Part shown: one piece after another, positions 39,770 through 52,155 of the stretch
Position numbering within the stretch: position 1 is the first letter of the stretch
How the letters are laid out: every line of letters starts with the position of its first letter
Source of the DNA: Eledone cirrhosa
Lineage: Eukaryota
Assembly (NCBI GenBank): GCA_964016885.1
Contig: OZ024762.1
Coordinates: forward strand, 3,658,001-3,722,000
Direction of reading: 5' to 3'
DNA length: 64,000 nt
Translations under genes and position numbers: made by a program
Notes under the pieces: model-generated
Told to the model about the DNA's origin: nothing
The model's database searches: none
Seen by the model: only the letters and a program-made list of their open reading frames with translations

Positions 39770-42700
39770 GATTACTGTAGTGGTGGTGGTGGTGGTGGTG
39801 GTGGTGGTGGTGGTGGTGGTGGTGGTGGTGGTGGTGGTGGTGGTAGTGGTGGTGGTGGTAGTGGTGGTGGTGGTGGTGGTGGTGGTGGTGGTGGTGTTGG
39901 TGGTGGTAGTGGTGGTAGTGGTGGTGGTAGTTGTTGGAGGTGGTGGTGGTAGTGGTGGTGGTGGTGGTGGTGGTGGTGGTGGTGGTGGTGGTGGTAGTGG
40001 TGGTGGTAGTGGTAGTGGTGGTGGTAGTGGTGGTGGTGGTGGTAGTGGTGGTGGTGGTGGTGTTGGTGGTGGTAGTGGTGGTGGTAGTGGTGGTGGTGGT
40101 GGTAGTGGTGGTGGTGGTGGTGTTGGTGGTGGTAGTGGTGGTAGTGGTGGTGGTAGTTGTTGGAGGTGGTGGTGGTAGTGGTGGTGGTGGTGGTGGTGGT
40201 GGTGGTGGTGGTGGTGGTGGTAGTGGTGGTGGTAGTGGTGGTGGTGGTGGTAGTGGTGGTGGTGGTGGTGTTGGTGGTGGTGGTGGTGGTGGTAGTGGTG
40301 GTGGTGGTGGTGGTGGTGGTGGTAGTGGTGGTGGTGGTATTGATTACTGTAGTGGTGGTGGTGGTGGTGGTGGTGGTGGTGGTGGTGGTGGTGGTGGTGG
40401 TGGTGGTGGTGGTAGTGGTGGTGGTAGTGGTGGTGGTGGTGGTAGTGGTGGTGGTGGTGGTGTTGGTGGTGGTGGTGGTGGTGGTAGTGGTGGTGGTGGT
40501 GGTGGTGGTGGTGGTAGTGGTGGTGGTGGTATTGATTACTGTAGTGGTGGTGGTGGTAGTGGTGGTGGTGGTGGTGGTGGTGGTGGTGGTGGTAGTGGTG
40601 GTGGTGGTGGTGTTGGTGGTGGTAGTGGTGGTAGTGGTGGTGGTAGTTGTTGGAGGTGGTGGTGGTAGTGGTGGTGGTGGTGGTGGTGGTGGTGGTGGTG
40701 GTGGTGGTAGTGGTTGTGGTGGTGGTGGTGGTGGTGGTTGTGGTGGTGGTGGTGGTGGTGTTGGTGGTGGTAGTGGTGGTTGTGGTGGTTGTGGTGGTGG
40801 TGGTGGTTGTGGTGGTGGTGGTGGTGGTGGTGGTGGTGGTGGTGGTGGTGGTAGTGGTGGTGGTAGTGGTGGTGGTGGTGGTGGTGGTAGTGGTGGTGGT
40901 AGTTGTTGGAGGTGGTGGTGGTAGTGGTGGTGGTGGTGGTGGTGGTGGTGGTGGTGGTGGTGGTGGTGGTGGTAGTTGTTGGAGGTGGTGGTGGTAGTGG
41001 TGGTGGTGGTGGTGGTGGTGGTGGTGGTGGTGGTGGTGGTGGTGGTAGTGGTGGTGGTGGTGGTGGTGGTGGTGGTGGTGGTGGTGGTGGTGGTGGTAGT
41101 GGTGGTGGTGGTGGTGGTAGTGGTGGTGGTGGTGGTGGTGGTGGTGGTGGTGGTGGTGGTGGTGGTGGTAGTGGTGGTGGTGGTGGTGGTGGTGGTGGTG
41201 GTAGTGGTGGTGGTGGTGGTGGTGGTGGTGGTGGTGGTAGTGGTGGTGGTGGTGGTGTTGGTGGTGGTAGTGGTGGTAGTGGTGGTGGTAGTTGTTGGAG
41301 GTGGTGGTGGTAGTGGTGGTGGTGGTGGTGGTGGTGGTGGTGGTGGTGGTGGTGGTGGTGGTAGTTGTTGGAGGTGGTGGTGGTAGTGGTGGTGGTGGTG
41401 GTGGTGGTGGTGGTGGTGGTGGTGGTGGTAGTGGTGGTGGTGGTGGTGGTGGTGGTGGTGGTGGTGGTAGTGGTGGTGGTGGTGGTGGTAGTGGTGGTGG
41501 TGGTGGTGGTGGTGGTGGTGGTGGTGGTGGTGGTGGTGGTAGTGGTGGTGGTAGTGGTGGTGGTGGTGGTGCTGGTAGTGGTGGTGGTGGTGGTGTTGGT
41601 GGTGGTAGTGGTGGTAGTGGTGGTGGTAGTTGTTGGAGGTGGTGGTGGTAGTGGTGGTGGTGGTGGTGGTGGTGGTGGTGGTGGTGGTGGTGTGGTGGTG
41701 GTAGTGGTGGTGGTGGTGGTAGTGGTGTTGTTGGAGGTGGTGGTGGTAGTGGTGGTAGTGGTGGTGGTGGTGGTGGTGGTGGTTGTGGTGGTGGTGGTGG
41801 TGGTGGTGGTGGTAGTGGTGGTAGTGGTGGTGGTAGTGGTGGTAGTTGTTGGAGGTGGTGGTGGTAGTGGTGGTGGTGGTGGTGGTGGTGGTGGTGGTGG
41901 TGGTGGTGGTGGTGGTGGTGGTGGTGGTAGTGGTGGTGGTGGTGGTGGTGGTGGTGGTTGTGTTGGTAGTGGTGGTGGTGGTGGTGGTGGTGGTGGTGGT
42001 GGTGGTGGTGGTGGTGGTAGTGGTGGTAGTTGTTGGAGGTGGTGGTGGTAGTGGTGGTGGTGGTGGTGGTGGTGGTGGTGGTGGTGGTGGTGGTGGTGGT
42101 GGTAGTGGTGGTGGTGGTGGTAGTGGTGTTGTTGGAGGTGGTGGTGGTAGTGGTGGTAGTGGTAGTGGTGGTGGTGGTGGTGGTGGTGGTTGTGGTGGTG
42201 GTGGTGGTGGTGGTGGTAGTTGTTGGAGGTGGTGGTGGTAGTGGTGGTGGTGGTGGTGGTGGTGGTGGTGGTGGTGGTGGTGGTGGTAGTGGTGGTGGTG
42301 GTGGTAGTGGTGTTGTTGGAGGTGGTGGTGGTAGTGGTGGTAGTGGTGGTGGTAGTTGTTGGAGGTGGTGGTGGTAGTGGTGGTGGTGGTGGTGGTGGTG
42401 GTGGTGGTGGTGGTGGTGGTAGTGGTGGTGGTGGTGGTGGTGGTGGTGGTGGTGGTGGTGGTAGTGGTAGTGGTGGTGGTGGTGGTGGTAGTTGTTGGAG
42501 GTGGTGGTGGTAGTGGTGGTGGTGGTGGTGGTGGTGGTGGTGGTGGTGGTGGTGGTGGTGGTGGTAGTGGTGGTGGTGGTGGTGGTGGTGGTGGTTGTGT
42601 TGGTAGTGGTGGTGGTGGTGGTGGTGGTGGTGGTGGTGGTGGTGGTGGTAGTGGTGGTAGTTGTTGGAGGTGGTGGTGGTAGTGGTGGTGGTGGTGGTGG

Positions 42701-45070
42701 TGGTGGTGGTGGTGGTGGTGGTGGTGGTGGTGGTGGTAGTGGTGGTGGTGGTGGTAGTGGTGTTGTTGGAGGTGGTGGTGGTAGTGGTGGTAGTGGTGGT
42801 GGTGGTGGTGGTGGTGGTGGTGGTTGTGGTGGTGGTGGTGGTGGTGGTGGTAGTTGTTGGAGGTGGTGGTGGTGGTGGTGGTGGTGGTGGTGGTGGTGGT
42901 GGTGGTGGTGGTGGTGGTGGTGTTGTTGGAGGTGGTGGTGGTAGTGGTGGTAGTGGTGGTGGTGGTGGTGGTGGTGGTGGTGGTGGTGGTGGTGGTGGTG
43001 GTGGTAGTGGTGGTGGTGGTAGTGGTGGTGGTAGTGGTGGTGGTGGTAGTGGTAGTAGTGGTGGTGGTGGTGGTGGTGGTAGTGGTGGTAGTGGTGGTGG
43101 TGGTAGTGGTGGTACTGGTAGTTGTAGTGGTGGTGGTAGTGGTGGTGGTGGTGGTGGTGGTGGTGGTGGTGGTTGTGTTGGTAGTGGTGGTGGTGGTGGT
43201 GGTGGTGGTGGTGGTAGTGGTGGTAGTGGTGGTGGTGGTGGTGGTGGTGGTGGTGGTAGTGGTGGTGGTGGTGGTGGTGGTGGTGGTGGTGGTAGTTGTT
43301 GGAGGTGGTGGTGGTAGTGGTGGTGGTGGTGGTGGTGGTGGTGGTGGTGGTGGTAGTGGTGGTGGTAGTGGTGTTGTTGGAGGTGGTGGTGGTAGTGGTG
43401 GTAGTGGTGGTGGTGGTGGTGGTGGTGGTGGTGGTTGTGGTGGTGGTGGTGGTGGTGGTGGTGGTGGTAGTGGTGGTGGTGGTAGTGGTGGTGGTAGTGG
43501 TGGTGGTGGTAGTGGTAGTAGTGGTGGTGGTGGTGGTGGTGGTAGTGGTGGTAGTGGTGGTGGTGGTAGTGGTGGTACTGGTAGTTGTAGTGGTGGTGGT
43601 AGTGGTGGTGGTGGTGGTGGTGGTGGTGGTTGTGGTGGTAGTGGTGGTAGTGGTGGTAGTGGTGGTAGTGGTGGTTGTGGTGGTAGTGGTGGTAGTGGTG
43701 TTAGTGGTGTTGTTGGAGGTGGTGGTGGTAGTGGTGGTAGTGGTGGTGGTGGTAATGGTGGTACTGGTAGTTGTAGTGGTGGTGGTAGTGGTGGTGGTGG
43801 TGGTAGTGGTGGTAGTGGTGGTGGTGGTGGTGGTGGTGGTGTTGTTGGAGGTGGTGGTGGTAGTGGTGGTAGTGGTGGTGGTGGTAATGGTGGTACTGGT
43901 AGTTGTAGTGGTGGTGGTAGTGGTGGTGGTGGTGGTGGTGGTGGTGGTGGTGGTTGTGGTGGTAGTGGTGGTAGTGGTGGTAGTGGTGTTGTTGGAGGTG
44001 GTGGTGGTAGTGGTGGTAGTGGTGGTGGTGGTGGTGGTGGTGGTTGTGGTGGTAGTGGTGGTAGTGGTGGTAGTGGTGTTGTTGGAGGTGGTGGTGGTAG
44101 TGGTGGTAGTGGTGGTGGTGGTAATGGTGGTACTGGTAGTTGTAGTGGTGGTGGTAGTGGTGGTGGTGGTGGTAGTGGTGGTAGTGGTGGTGGTGGTAGT
44201 GGTGGTGGTAGTGGTGGTGGTGGTGGTGGTAATGGTGGTGGTGGTAGTGGTGGTGGTAGTGGTGGTGGTGGTAGTGGTAGTAGTGGTGGTGGTGGTGGTG
44301 GTGGTAGTGGTGGTAGTGGTGGTGGTGGTAGTGGTGGTACTGGTAGTTGTAGTGGTGGTGGTAGTGGTGGTGGTGGTTGTGGTGGTAGTGGTGTTAGTGG
44401 TGTTGTTGGAGGTGGTGGTGGTAGTGGTGGTAGTGGTGTTGTTGGAGGTGGTGGTGGTAGTGGTGGTAGTGGTGGTGGTGGTGGTGGTGGTGGTGGTAGT
44501 GGTGGTAGTGGTGGTGGTGGTGGTGGTGGTGGTGGTGGTGGTAGTGGTGGTGGTGGTGGGGTGGTGGTGGTGGTGGTGGTGGTGGTGGTGGTGGTAGTGT
44601 TGTTGGAGGTGGTGGTGGTAGTGGTGGTAGTGGTGGTGGTGGTGGTGGTAGTGGTGGTAGTGGTGGTGGTGGTTATGGTGGTGGTGGTGGTGGTGGTAGT
44701 GGTAGTGGTGGTGGTGGTGGTGGTGGTGTTGGTTGTGGTTATGGTGGTGGTAGTGGTGGTGGCGGTGGTAATGGTAGTGGTGGTGGTGGTGGTGGTGGTA
44801 GTGGCAGTGGCAGTAGTGGTAGTGGTGGTGGTGGTGGTAGTAGTGGTGGTAATGGTAGTGGTGGTGGTTGTAATGGTAGTGGTGGTGGTAGTAGTGGTGG
44901 TTGTAATGGTAGTGGTGGTGGTGGTGGTGGTGGTTGTAATTGTAGTGGTGGTGGTGGTGGTAGTAGTGGTGGTGGTGGTAGTGGTGGTTGTAATGGTAGT
45001 GGTGGTGGTGGTAGTGGTGGTGGTGGTGGTGGTAGTAATGATAATGGTTGAGGTGGTGGTGGCAGTGGTA
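39770..45070. repeat. 5.3-kb (GGT)n array with higher-order variant structure
   Basis: Recurrent marker variants agttgttggaggt, attgattactgtagt and ggtactggtagttgtagt. Confidence 0.95.
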
Positions 45071-45398
45071 ATGTCCTTCAACAGAAGGGTAGAAAAACAA
45101 AAAAACACTTCTATCCCACCCCATTCTTTCTCTCACCTACCCCTTTATCTCCTCCCAACCCACCTCTTTCTCTCTCTTCCGCCTCTCTCACTTTCTTTCA
45201 CCCTTTTCCTGTCCCCTCATCTCCCCCCTCTCTCTCTCTCTCTCTCCTCCCCCCTCTCTCTCTTTATACATTTTACAATCCCTGTCTTTTCCTTTCTCTC
45301 AATCTCCTTCTTCCTTGTCTACATCTTTTTCTTCATTTTCTTGTACTTCTTCTCCAGACCACCAAGCTCATGGATATTATCCAAAGATCTTGCTCACC

Positions 45399-45998
45399 AT
45401 GTACAGATGTACAGATGTACAGATGTACCGATGTACCGATGTACAGATGTACCGATGTACAGATGTACAGATGTACCGATGTACAGATGTACCGATGTAC
45501 AGATGTACAGATGTACAGATGTACCGATGTACAGATGTACCGATGTACTGATGTACAGATGTACCGATGTACAGATGTACCGATGTACCGATGTACAGAT
45601 GTACCGATGTACCGATGTACAGATGTACCGATGTACAGATGTACAGATATACCGATGTACAGATATACAGATGTACCGATGTACTGATGTACAGATGTAC
45701 CGATGTACAGATGTACCGATGTACAGATGTACCGATGTACAGATGTACCGATGTACAGATGTACCGATGTACAGATGTACAGATGTACCGATGTACAGAT
45801 GTACCGATGTACAGATGTACCGATGTACAGATGTACAGATGTACAGATGTACCGATGTACAGATGTACCGATGTACAGATGTACAGATGTACAGATGTAC
45901 CGATGTACTGATGTACCGATGTACAGATGTACAGATGTACCGATGTACAGATGTACCGATGTACCGATGTACAGATGTACAGATGTACCGATGTACCG
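45399..45998. repeat. 8-bp satellite ATGTAC(A/C)G, about 75 copies
   Basis: Direct reading. Confidence 0.95.
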
Positions 45999-46097
45999 CT
46001 AGTGCCTGCTGATGGTCGGCTTTGCCCATAAAACCTGTCCAGCGATTAACGGATCTTGTGGGGCTTTTTATTAACAATACTTTACATAGGAAAATAC

Positions 46098-47010
46098 CGG
46101 AGATGACCGGTGGTTTCTATCGTGACGAATTGCTATTACTTATTGAAAATAATAATAATTGTGAAATAAATAGGAAGAGAAATTATACAACTTTTTAATA
46201 GCGTTAATCTTAAAGTAGAAGTAGAGAATAATTATAAAATAGTTAATTTTTTAGATGTAACTTTAAACCCTAACACTGGTTTTTATTATCCATTTCATAA
46301 AATAAATGAGAATTTAAACTATGTTAACTTTAATTCTAATCACCCCAGATCCATTAAAAACACTATTGTAAATTCTGTGCAGCAACATATTTCTAGAATT
46401 TCAGCTAATAAAAATATATTTGCAGATAAGGCACAATATTATAACGAAGCGTTAGGTAGAGCAGGCTATAGTAATAAAATTAAATACATTGATAATAAGG
46501 ATGTGCCAACTAACCATAACTATAAATATTATAATAGAAAACCTTACACTAACTCGAAAACCAAAAGAAAAAATAGAATTAGAAATATATTATGGTTCGC
46601 TCCCCCTTTCTCATTAAGTATTAAAACTCTTATTGCTAAATTATTCTTTAAAGCTCCAGATAAGTGCTTTCCTAGGACACACAGGTAAAATATAGTATAC
46701 AATTGTAATGTCAAAACAAATGAGAACTCCTTTAACTATGTCGGCTCTACTTCCACAGACTTCAAATCTCGTTTTAATAACCATAAATGTTCTTTTACGA
46801 ATATTGGTAAAAAATCTTCAACTTCTCTATCTAACTTATGGGACTTGAAATCCAAGAACATTAACTATTCTTTACTTTTGAAAATTATTTCCTTTGTGCT
46901 GAAGAAATATTCTTTATACTAAAAAGTAAGAACTCTATTAATTTGCGAAATAATTTATTCAGTTCCTGCAAACATCGTTTAAACTCAACTTTTAAATATA
47001 TATATAAAAT
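46098..47010 (+). mobile_element. Penelope-like retroelement, degenerate RT (3' half), linker and GIY-YIG endonuclease
   Basis: GFYRDE (YRDD motif), VNFLDVTL, YVNFNSNHP, ILWFAPPFS..DKCFP, NIVYNC..NYVGSTSTDFKSRFNNHKCSF, NLRNNLFSSCKHR. Internal deletions and frameshifts, then an AT-rich 3' region to about 47950. Confidence 0.9.
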
Positions 47011-48448
47011 GTAATATACGATTTATCTCTTTTACATAATGTCTTCTATATCTATATATGATTCACATATCTAATTTATTTTCTATTATCTCTACTTCAT
47101 ATATATATTATTATTACACCTATCGATAGATTATAATATTTCTTTATATGACTGCTTGAAACTCCTTTAAGGAAAATTTCTTTATATGACTGCTTGAAAC
47201 TCCTTTAAGGAAAAATTTTTCTTGAAAAACTTACTGAAGGTTTTAAGAAAATCTTTTGAAAATTCCTTTGAAAGATATAGAAAAACCGTTATTTTCATAC
47301 CTTCCAATATTTTTATATTCTTATATTTTCAAACGTTTTTAATATATATATCCAAATGTTTATATATATGTGGAAAAACATGATTTTTTAATATATATGT
47401 GGAGTAACCTATGGTTTATGCTTTAAATATATTCTTAAGATAAATTTTTTAAATGTTTTAACTTTATAGCAAGTAAATTTATGACTTCGTATAAAATAAC
47501 ATATGGTTCATGTTTTAATTATATTCTTAAGATAAAAAATGTTTTAACTTTTTAACTTTATAACATTTAATCCTTAGAGTCATCTGAGTTCTTAAAAAAT
47601 CACTTATAACTTCCTTTACACTTCCTTACTGTTTTTATAATATAACTAAATGGTTATTCTTTTGTAAACTCTCGAAAATCTTTCATAAATTTAGAATTAT
47701 TTGGATGTTTAAAATTTTTTACTTACAACTTTTAATAAAATAAACTATACTAGATTTGCTCTAATGTAAAATAATATATATTTATTTAAATAATTTATAA
47801 TCCTTAACATACACATTTAAACTAATTATTAAATTATTAAATTAAATCTTTAATTTTGATTACTAATTTTTTAATTTTAATTTAATTTTTCAACCTATCA
47901 TTATAAATATTATAATCAAAACATAATGAATCCTGCATTATAAATATTATAAATGAGAATAACGTGGAAGAATAATTGTTTCTACTTTAGGCACAAGGCC
48001 AGCAATTACCCAGTGCATTACTAAAGTACCAGTAATGCACTGGGTAATTGCTGGCCTTGTGCCTAAAGTAGAAACAATTATTCTTCCACGTTATTCTCAT
48101 TTTTTCATTTCTTCTCTCACTTAAATATACTTACGCTGTATTTATCCTTTGAAACTCATCTCTTCATGCACGCTATTTTCACTGTCAATATATATAATCG
48201 TTCTTTCTTTCCTCTTCTATCTTTCTCATTTCTTCTTTTTTCTCTCTTCCTCACATATCACCTTCTTCCAACAGTTTAATTTAAATAAACCGTTATCTTT
48301 TCAACCTTTCGGACACTCATTTGCATACTCACTAATAATTTTGTATCACCCTCAATAAATGTAATATCTCCACTATCCAGGAAGCTCCAACCGTTAAGGT
48401 TGTCTTTTTTCCCGGGTATGTCAATATTTATTTATAAAACAAATCTGT

Positions 48449-48512
48449 ATTTTATCTGATGAAAGCGCACCATAATTTGCCTTGGTTGCCCTTGAAATAT
48501 GTATAATAAAAT
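48449..48512 (+). ncRNA. Type I hammerhead ribozyme, intact core
   Basis: atttta t CTGATGA aagcgcacca taatttgcct tggttgccctt GAAAT atgt ATA ataaaat. Upstream 48377-48448 is homologous to 12577-12647. Confidence 0.75.
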
Positions 48513-49227
48513 AAATATGGTTTTATAAATATAGTTTCCATTTATTAATATATTGTATGTATATATATGTGTGTGTGTTCATGTGTGTATGTTTTTGCAG
48601 ACTAATGTGTCTATACTCTTGTGTCTGTGCCATATATACATATATATGTATGCATGTATGTGTATATGATATATGTGTGTATATGAATTTGTATATGTTT
48701 TTATATGTGTCTGTATATATGCGTATGTATATGTGTATGTCCCTGTACATGTATGTTTGTGTATATATCATCATCATCACTTTACGTCCGCTTTGTCCCT
48801 GCCTGCAAGGGTGGGACGGGTCCTATTCAGCAGAGCATCTCCCCACTTGTCACGGTCCTTTGTCATCTCCACCATGAAATATATACATATATATTTTTTT
48901 TTTTTTTCCTTTTATCTGAATGTGTGTATACGTGTGTATATGTGTGTACACATATGCCTTTTTCTATATTGCAAAATATATATATTTCTTTATATATTAT
49001 TTTTCTTGCCCTTCTTTTCTTATGTATATTTCCAGTTTTTTTTCCAGCCTCACTTCCAATTTTTAACAGATTTTAAATCTCATTTCATATCTTTTATCTA
49101 TAACATCTCTATCTGACGACCGATCCAGACGTATATTATTATCGTCTGTGATCCAGAAACCTTTGGTAATGGAGTAGTTATATTTATTGTTGTTCACTTT
49201 CTAATTAAATAAAATATATATATATAT

Positions 49228-49608
49228 AGCATTGGCCTTGCAATCGAAAGGTTGTGAGTTCAATTCTCAGACCGAGTGATGTGTTGTTTCCTTGAGCAAG
49301 ACACTTTATTTCACATTGCTCCAGTTTACTCAGCTGTAGAAATGAGATGATAGGGACTGGGGTCCCTATCATTCCACTGCAAAGTGGTCGTGGAGGTTCC
49401 ACGGCAAAAAAGCACCCAGCCGACACTGTAAAAGTGGACGTGTAGGCGCCACGGCAAAAAATCACCCAGCACTCACTGTAAATGAGGTTGGTGTTAGGAA
49501 GGGCATTCAGCAGCTGTAGAAATCAAGCCAGAATCAGTTCCCATCCCACCCTTGCAAGCAGGAAAAGCGGACGTAAAATGAAATGATGATGATGATGATG
49601 ATGATGAT
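49228..49608 (+). mobile_element. SINE: family C head joined to family D body and (GAT)n tail
   Basis: tRNA head and central domain run directly into aaaaagcacccag..ttaggaagggcat..cggacgtaaaatgaaatgatgat. Confidence 0.8.
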
Positions 49609-49613
49609 ATATA

Positions 49614-49788
49614 TAGTGAGATTCTGTTATAACGAAATTCACGGGGTATAAAAAAAAATTCGTTGTAATGAAAAAAATCTTTATAATGAGATCGACCTAA
49701 CACATCGAATGTGTGGCCGGGATTGAAAAAATTTCGTTATACTGAAAAATTCGTTATAATGATATTCGTTATAACGGAATTTTACCTG
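49614..49788. mobile_element. pogo/Tigger-like MITE
   Basis: TA-flanked TIR-like ends tagtgagattctgttataacgaa / ttcgttataacggaattttacctg with internal ttcgttata repeats. Duplicated in inverse at 49955-50106. Confidence 0.7.
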
Positions 49789-49800
49789 TATGTGTGTGTG

Positions 49801-49839
<39 letters not shown>

Positions 49840-49918
49840 GTAGTAACACAACAGTTAGTTCACCATACTGAGAACAATTGTTCTCGGTATGGTGAACTAA
49901 CTGTTGTGTTACTACTTC

Positions 49919-49952
<34 letters not shown>

Positions 49953-50266
49953 TACAAGTAAAATTCCGTTATAACGAATACCATTATAACGAATTTTTCA
50001 GTATAACGAAATTTTTTCAATCCCGGCCACACGTTCGATGTGTTAGGTCGATCTCATTATAAAGAATTTTTTCATTACAACGAATTTTTTTTTATACCCC
50101 GTGAATAACTGCTCTGTAGAACAACTGATGTTATTAGATTGAGCTATTTATCTTACTGGTAATAAGGTAGTAATAAATTACTGTCTTTCACTGTTTAGGG
50201 TTTAAAATATATATAACTATAAAAAAAATTTAGTATATACATAACCATAAATAGTATCCTTAATAC

Positions 50267-50297
<31 letters not shown>

Positions 50298-50494
50298 TCA
50301 CACACATACATACTTTTATATATATATATATATATATTAGTAATAACAATAAATTTGAAGACTAAGTTTTATTGTTCTCCAATATTACTCACCTGCTACA
50401 TATATATAAGGGAAGGTGTATATATATATTAAGTGAGATTTATTAAACAACAACCAAAACAAAGAAAAATATCAAGAGAAAAAAAATGTTATAA

Positions 50495-50710
50495 TTTGTT
50501 TCTACTTTAGGCACAAGGCCAGCAATTTGAAGGGAAGGGGAAAGTCGATTAAATCGGTTTCAGTGCATTACTGGTACTTTATGTTATCGACCCTGTAAAA
50601 ATGAAACGAAAGGCAAAGCTAACCTCCGCAGGATTTGAACTCAGAACATAAAGGGCCGTAACTCTATGCTGCACATCTTGGTGTCCGACGCTCTACCGAT
50701 ACTGCCTATC
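50495..50710 (-). mobile_element. SINE family A
   Basis: Family consensus match. Confidence 0.85.
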
Positions 50711-51049
50711 CGTATCGTAGAAGCTGATGTAACTGTTTATGACGTTTGTGATGACACGACAACTTCAACTGAAAAATATCTCCTTTAACTTCCATCGTTA
50801 GTTCTTCCAATAAAGGTTTACATATATCAAGAAATGGGAAACGAGGCCCATCAAATTGTGGTATGACATATATTTCATTATTTATTATATATAATGTTAT
50901 GTTATGTTTTTAATCATTTATCGAGCCGCTATTTTCTTTTATCTCTATCTATCGAAAATCTTTTATTCACAGTTGTATAAAAAATATGTAACTGAAGACC
51001 CTATCGCTACAAATATAATAATATAATGTTTACAGAATGAAAACACAAA

Positions 51050-51367
51050 CATATAATATATAGAAAGCAGGGAATACATACATCTAGGACCACATACAAC
51101 AAAAGGCAGGTGAAAGGGGCGGACAAACGAACCGCTGCCAGAGCAAATGATAACAATATAACGAGGAGCAGTGGGAAATCTCTCTAATAACTTTTGAGGC
51201 AAGCCATCATGCTTGCAGCGTTGCCTCGGGTGATGGCGAGGCTAATGTGCTGGAACAACCAAGCGCCCTTACGAGCATCACCAGTTACCTCTGTTGGGCG
51301 AGCCGCCAGTGAAGATAAAAACCTCGCAGTCAGTGGCCCGACTCCTCCAAACGTCTCGAACGCCACT
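51050..51367 (-). mobile_element. CRE-clade retrotransposon 3' fragment
   Basis: AFETFGGVGPLTARFLSSLAAR..GAWLFQHISLAITRGNAASMMACL* followed by 3' UTR. Confidence 0.8.
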
Positions 51368-51369
51368 TA

Positions 51370-51407
<38 letters not shown>

Positions 51408-51699
51408 GTGCGTCTGTGTATGTGTGTGTGTTTGTGTGTACATTAAAATAAATACAGGCAGTCCCCCCAAAATGTATACACACTTTGATTAGAATGCTGT
51501 TGAAATGTGTATACATTTTTGGTGACGCCCTGAATTTCTTTTCATGTTATAAAGTTTATTATATATTAAATAACGTTACAAATGGGAGAGAAAATATAAA
51601 CACATGATACATACAAAACATATAAATAAATTTACAGTAGAACAACATAACAAATATGTTTTAAATATATACATGAATAACACTACAAATGCTTAAATA

Positions 51700-52155
51700 A
51701 CCGAGCCAACACCAGAGCAAAAGACAGCAGAGAGGGGTACTGGGCAACCTCTCTAATGATTTTTGAGGCAAGCCAGCACATTCGCAGCGCTGCCTCGGGT
51801 GATGGCGAGGCTAATGCGCTGGAACAACCAAGCGCCCTCGCGAGATTCGCCAGTTACCTCTATTAGGCGAGCCGCCAGTGAAGAGAGGAACCTCGCAGTC
51901 AGCGGCCCGGCTCCCCCAAACGTCTCGAAAGCCCCAGGCTGAAAAATGTAGCTGGCCGACAGATCAGAATATTTGAGGGTCTTACTCCGCTCGGCTGCGG
52001 AAGCTGTGGCTCTCGTCCTAACTGCAGCATCCAGGATGTGGGAAAGAGCAAAAGAGTCACTAACAGTGACATCCCAGACAAGGCACCTGCCTCTCGACCA
52101 GGGGCACAAGGTAAGGCCGTCAGATCTTTTGCCGTCACTTCTGGACAACCCAGAT
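51700..52155 (-). mobile_element. CRE-clade non-LTR retrotransposon, restriction-like endonuclease domain
   Basis: PSGLSRSDGKRSDGLTLCPWSRGRCLVWDVTVSD..AERSKTLKY..FETFG..QRISLAITRG matches the RPD..WDVT..E..K..KY REL signature of CRE-like elements. Confidence 0.85.

Noticed and set aside
39713-46012. 1000-1800 aa poly-T/H/P/V/G ORFs
   Set aside because: Artefacts of (GGT)n, with frequent frame switches and open frames on both strands.
45315-46077. Cys-periodic ORF (MYRCTDVQ)n
   Set aside because: Translation of an 8-bp satellite with no codon-position bias.
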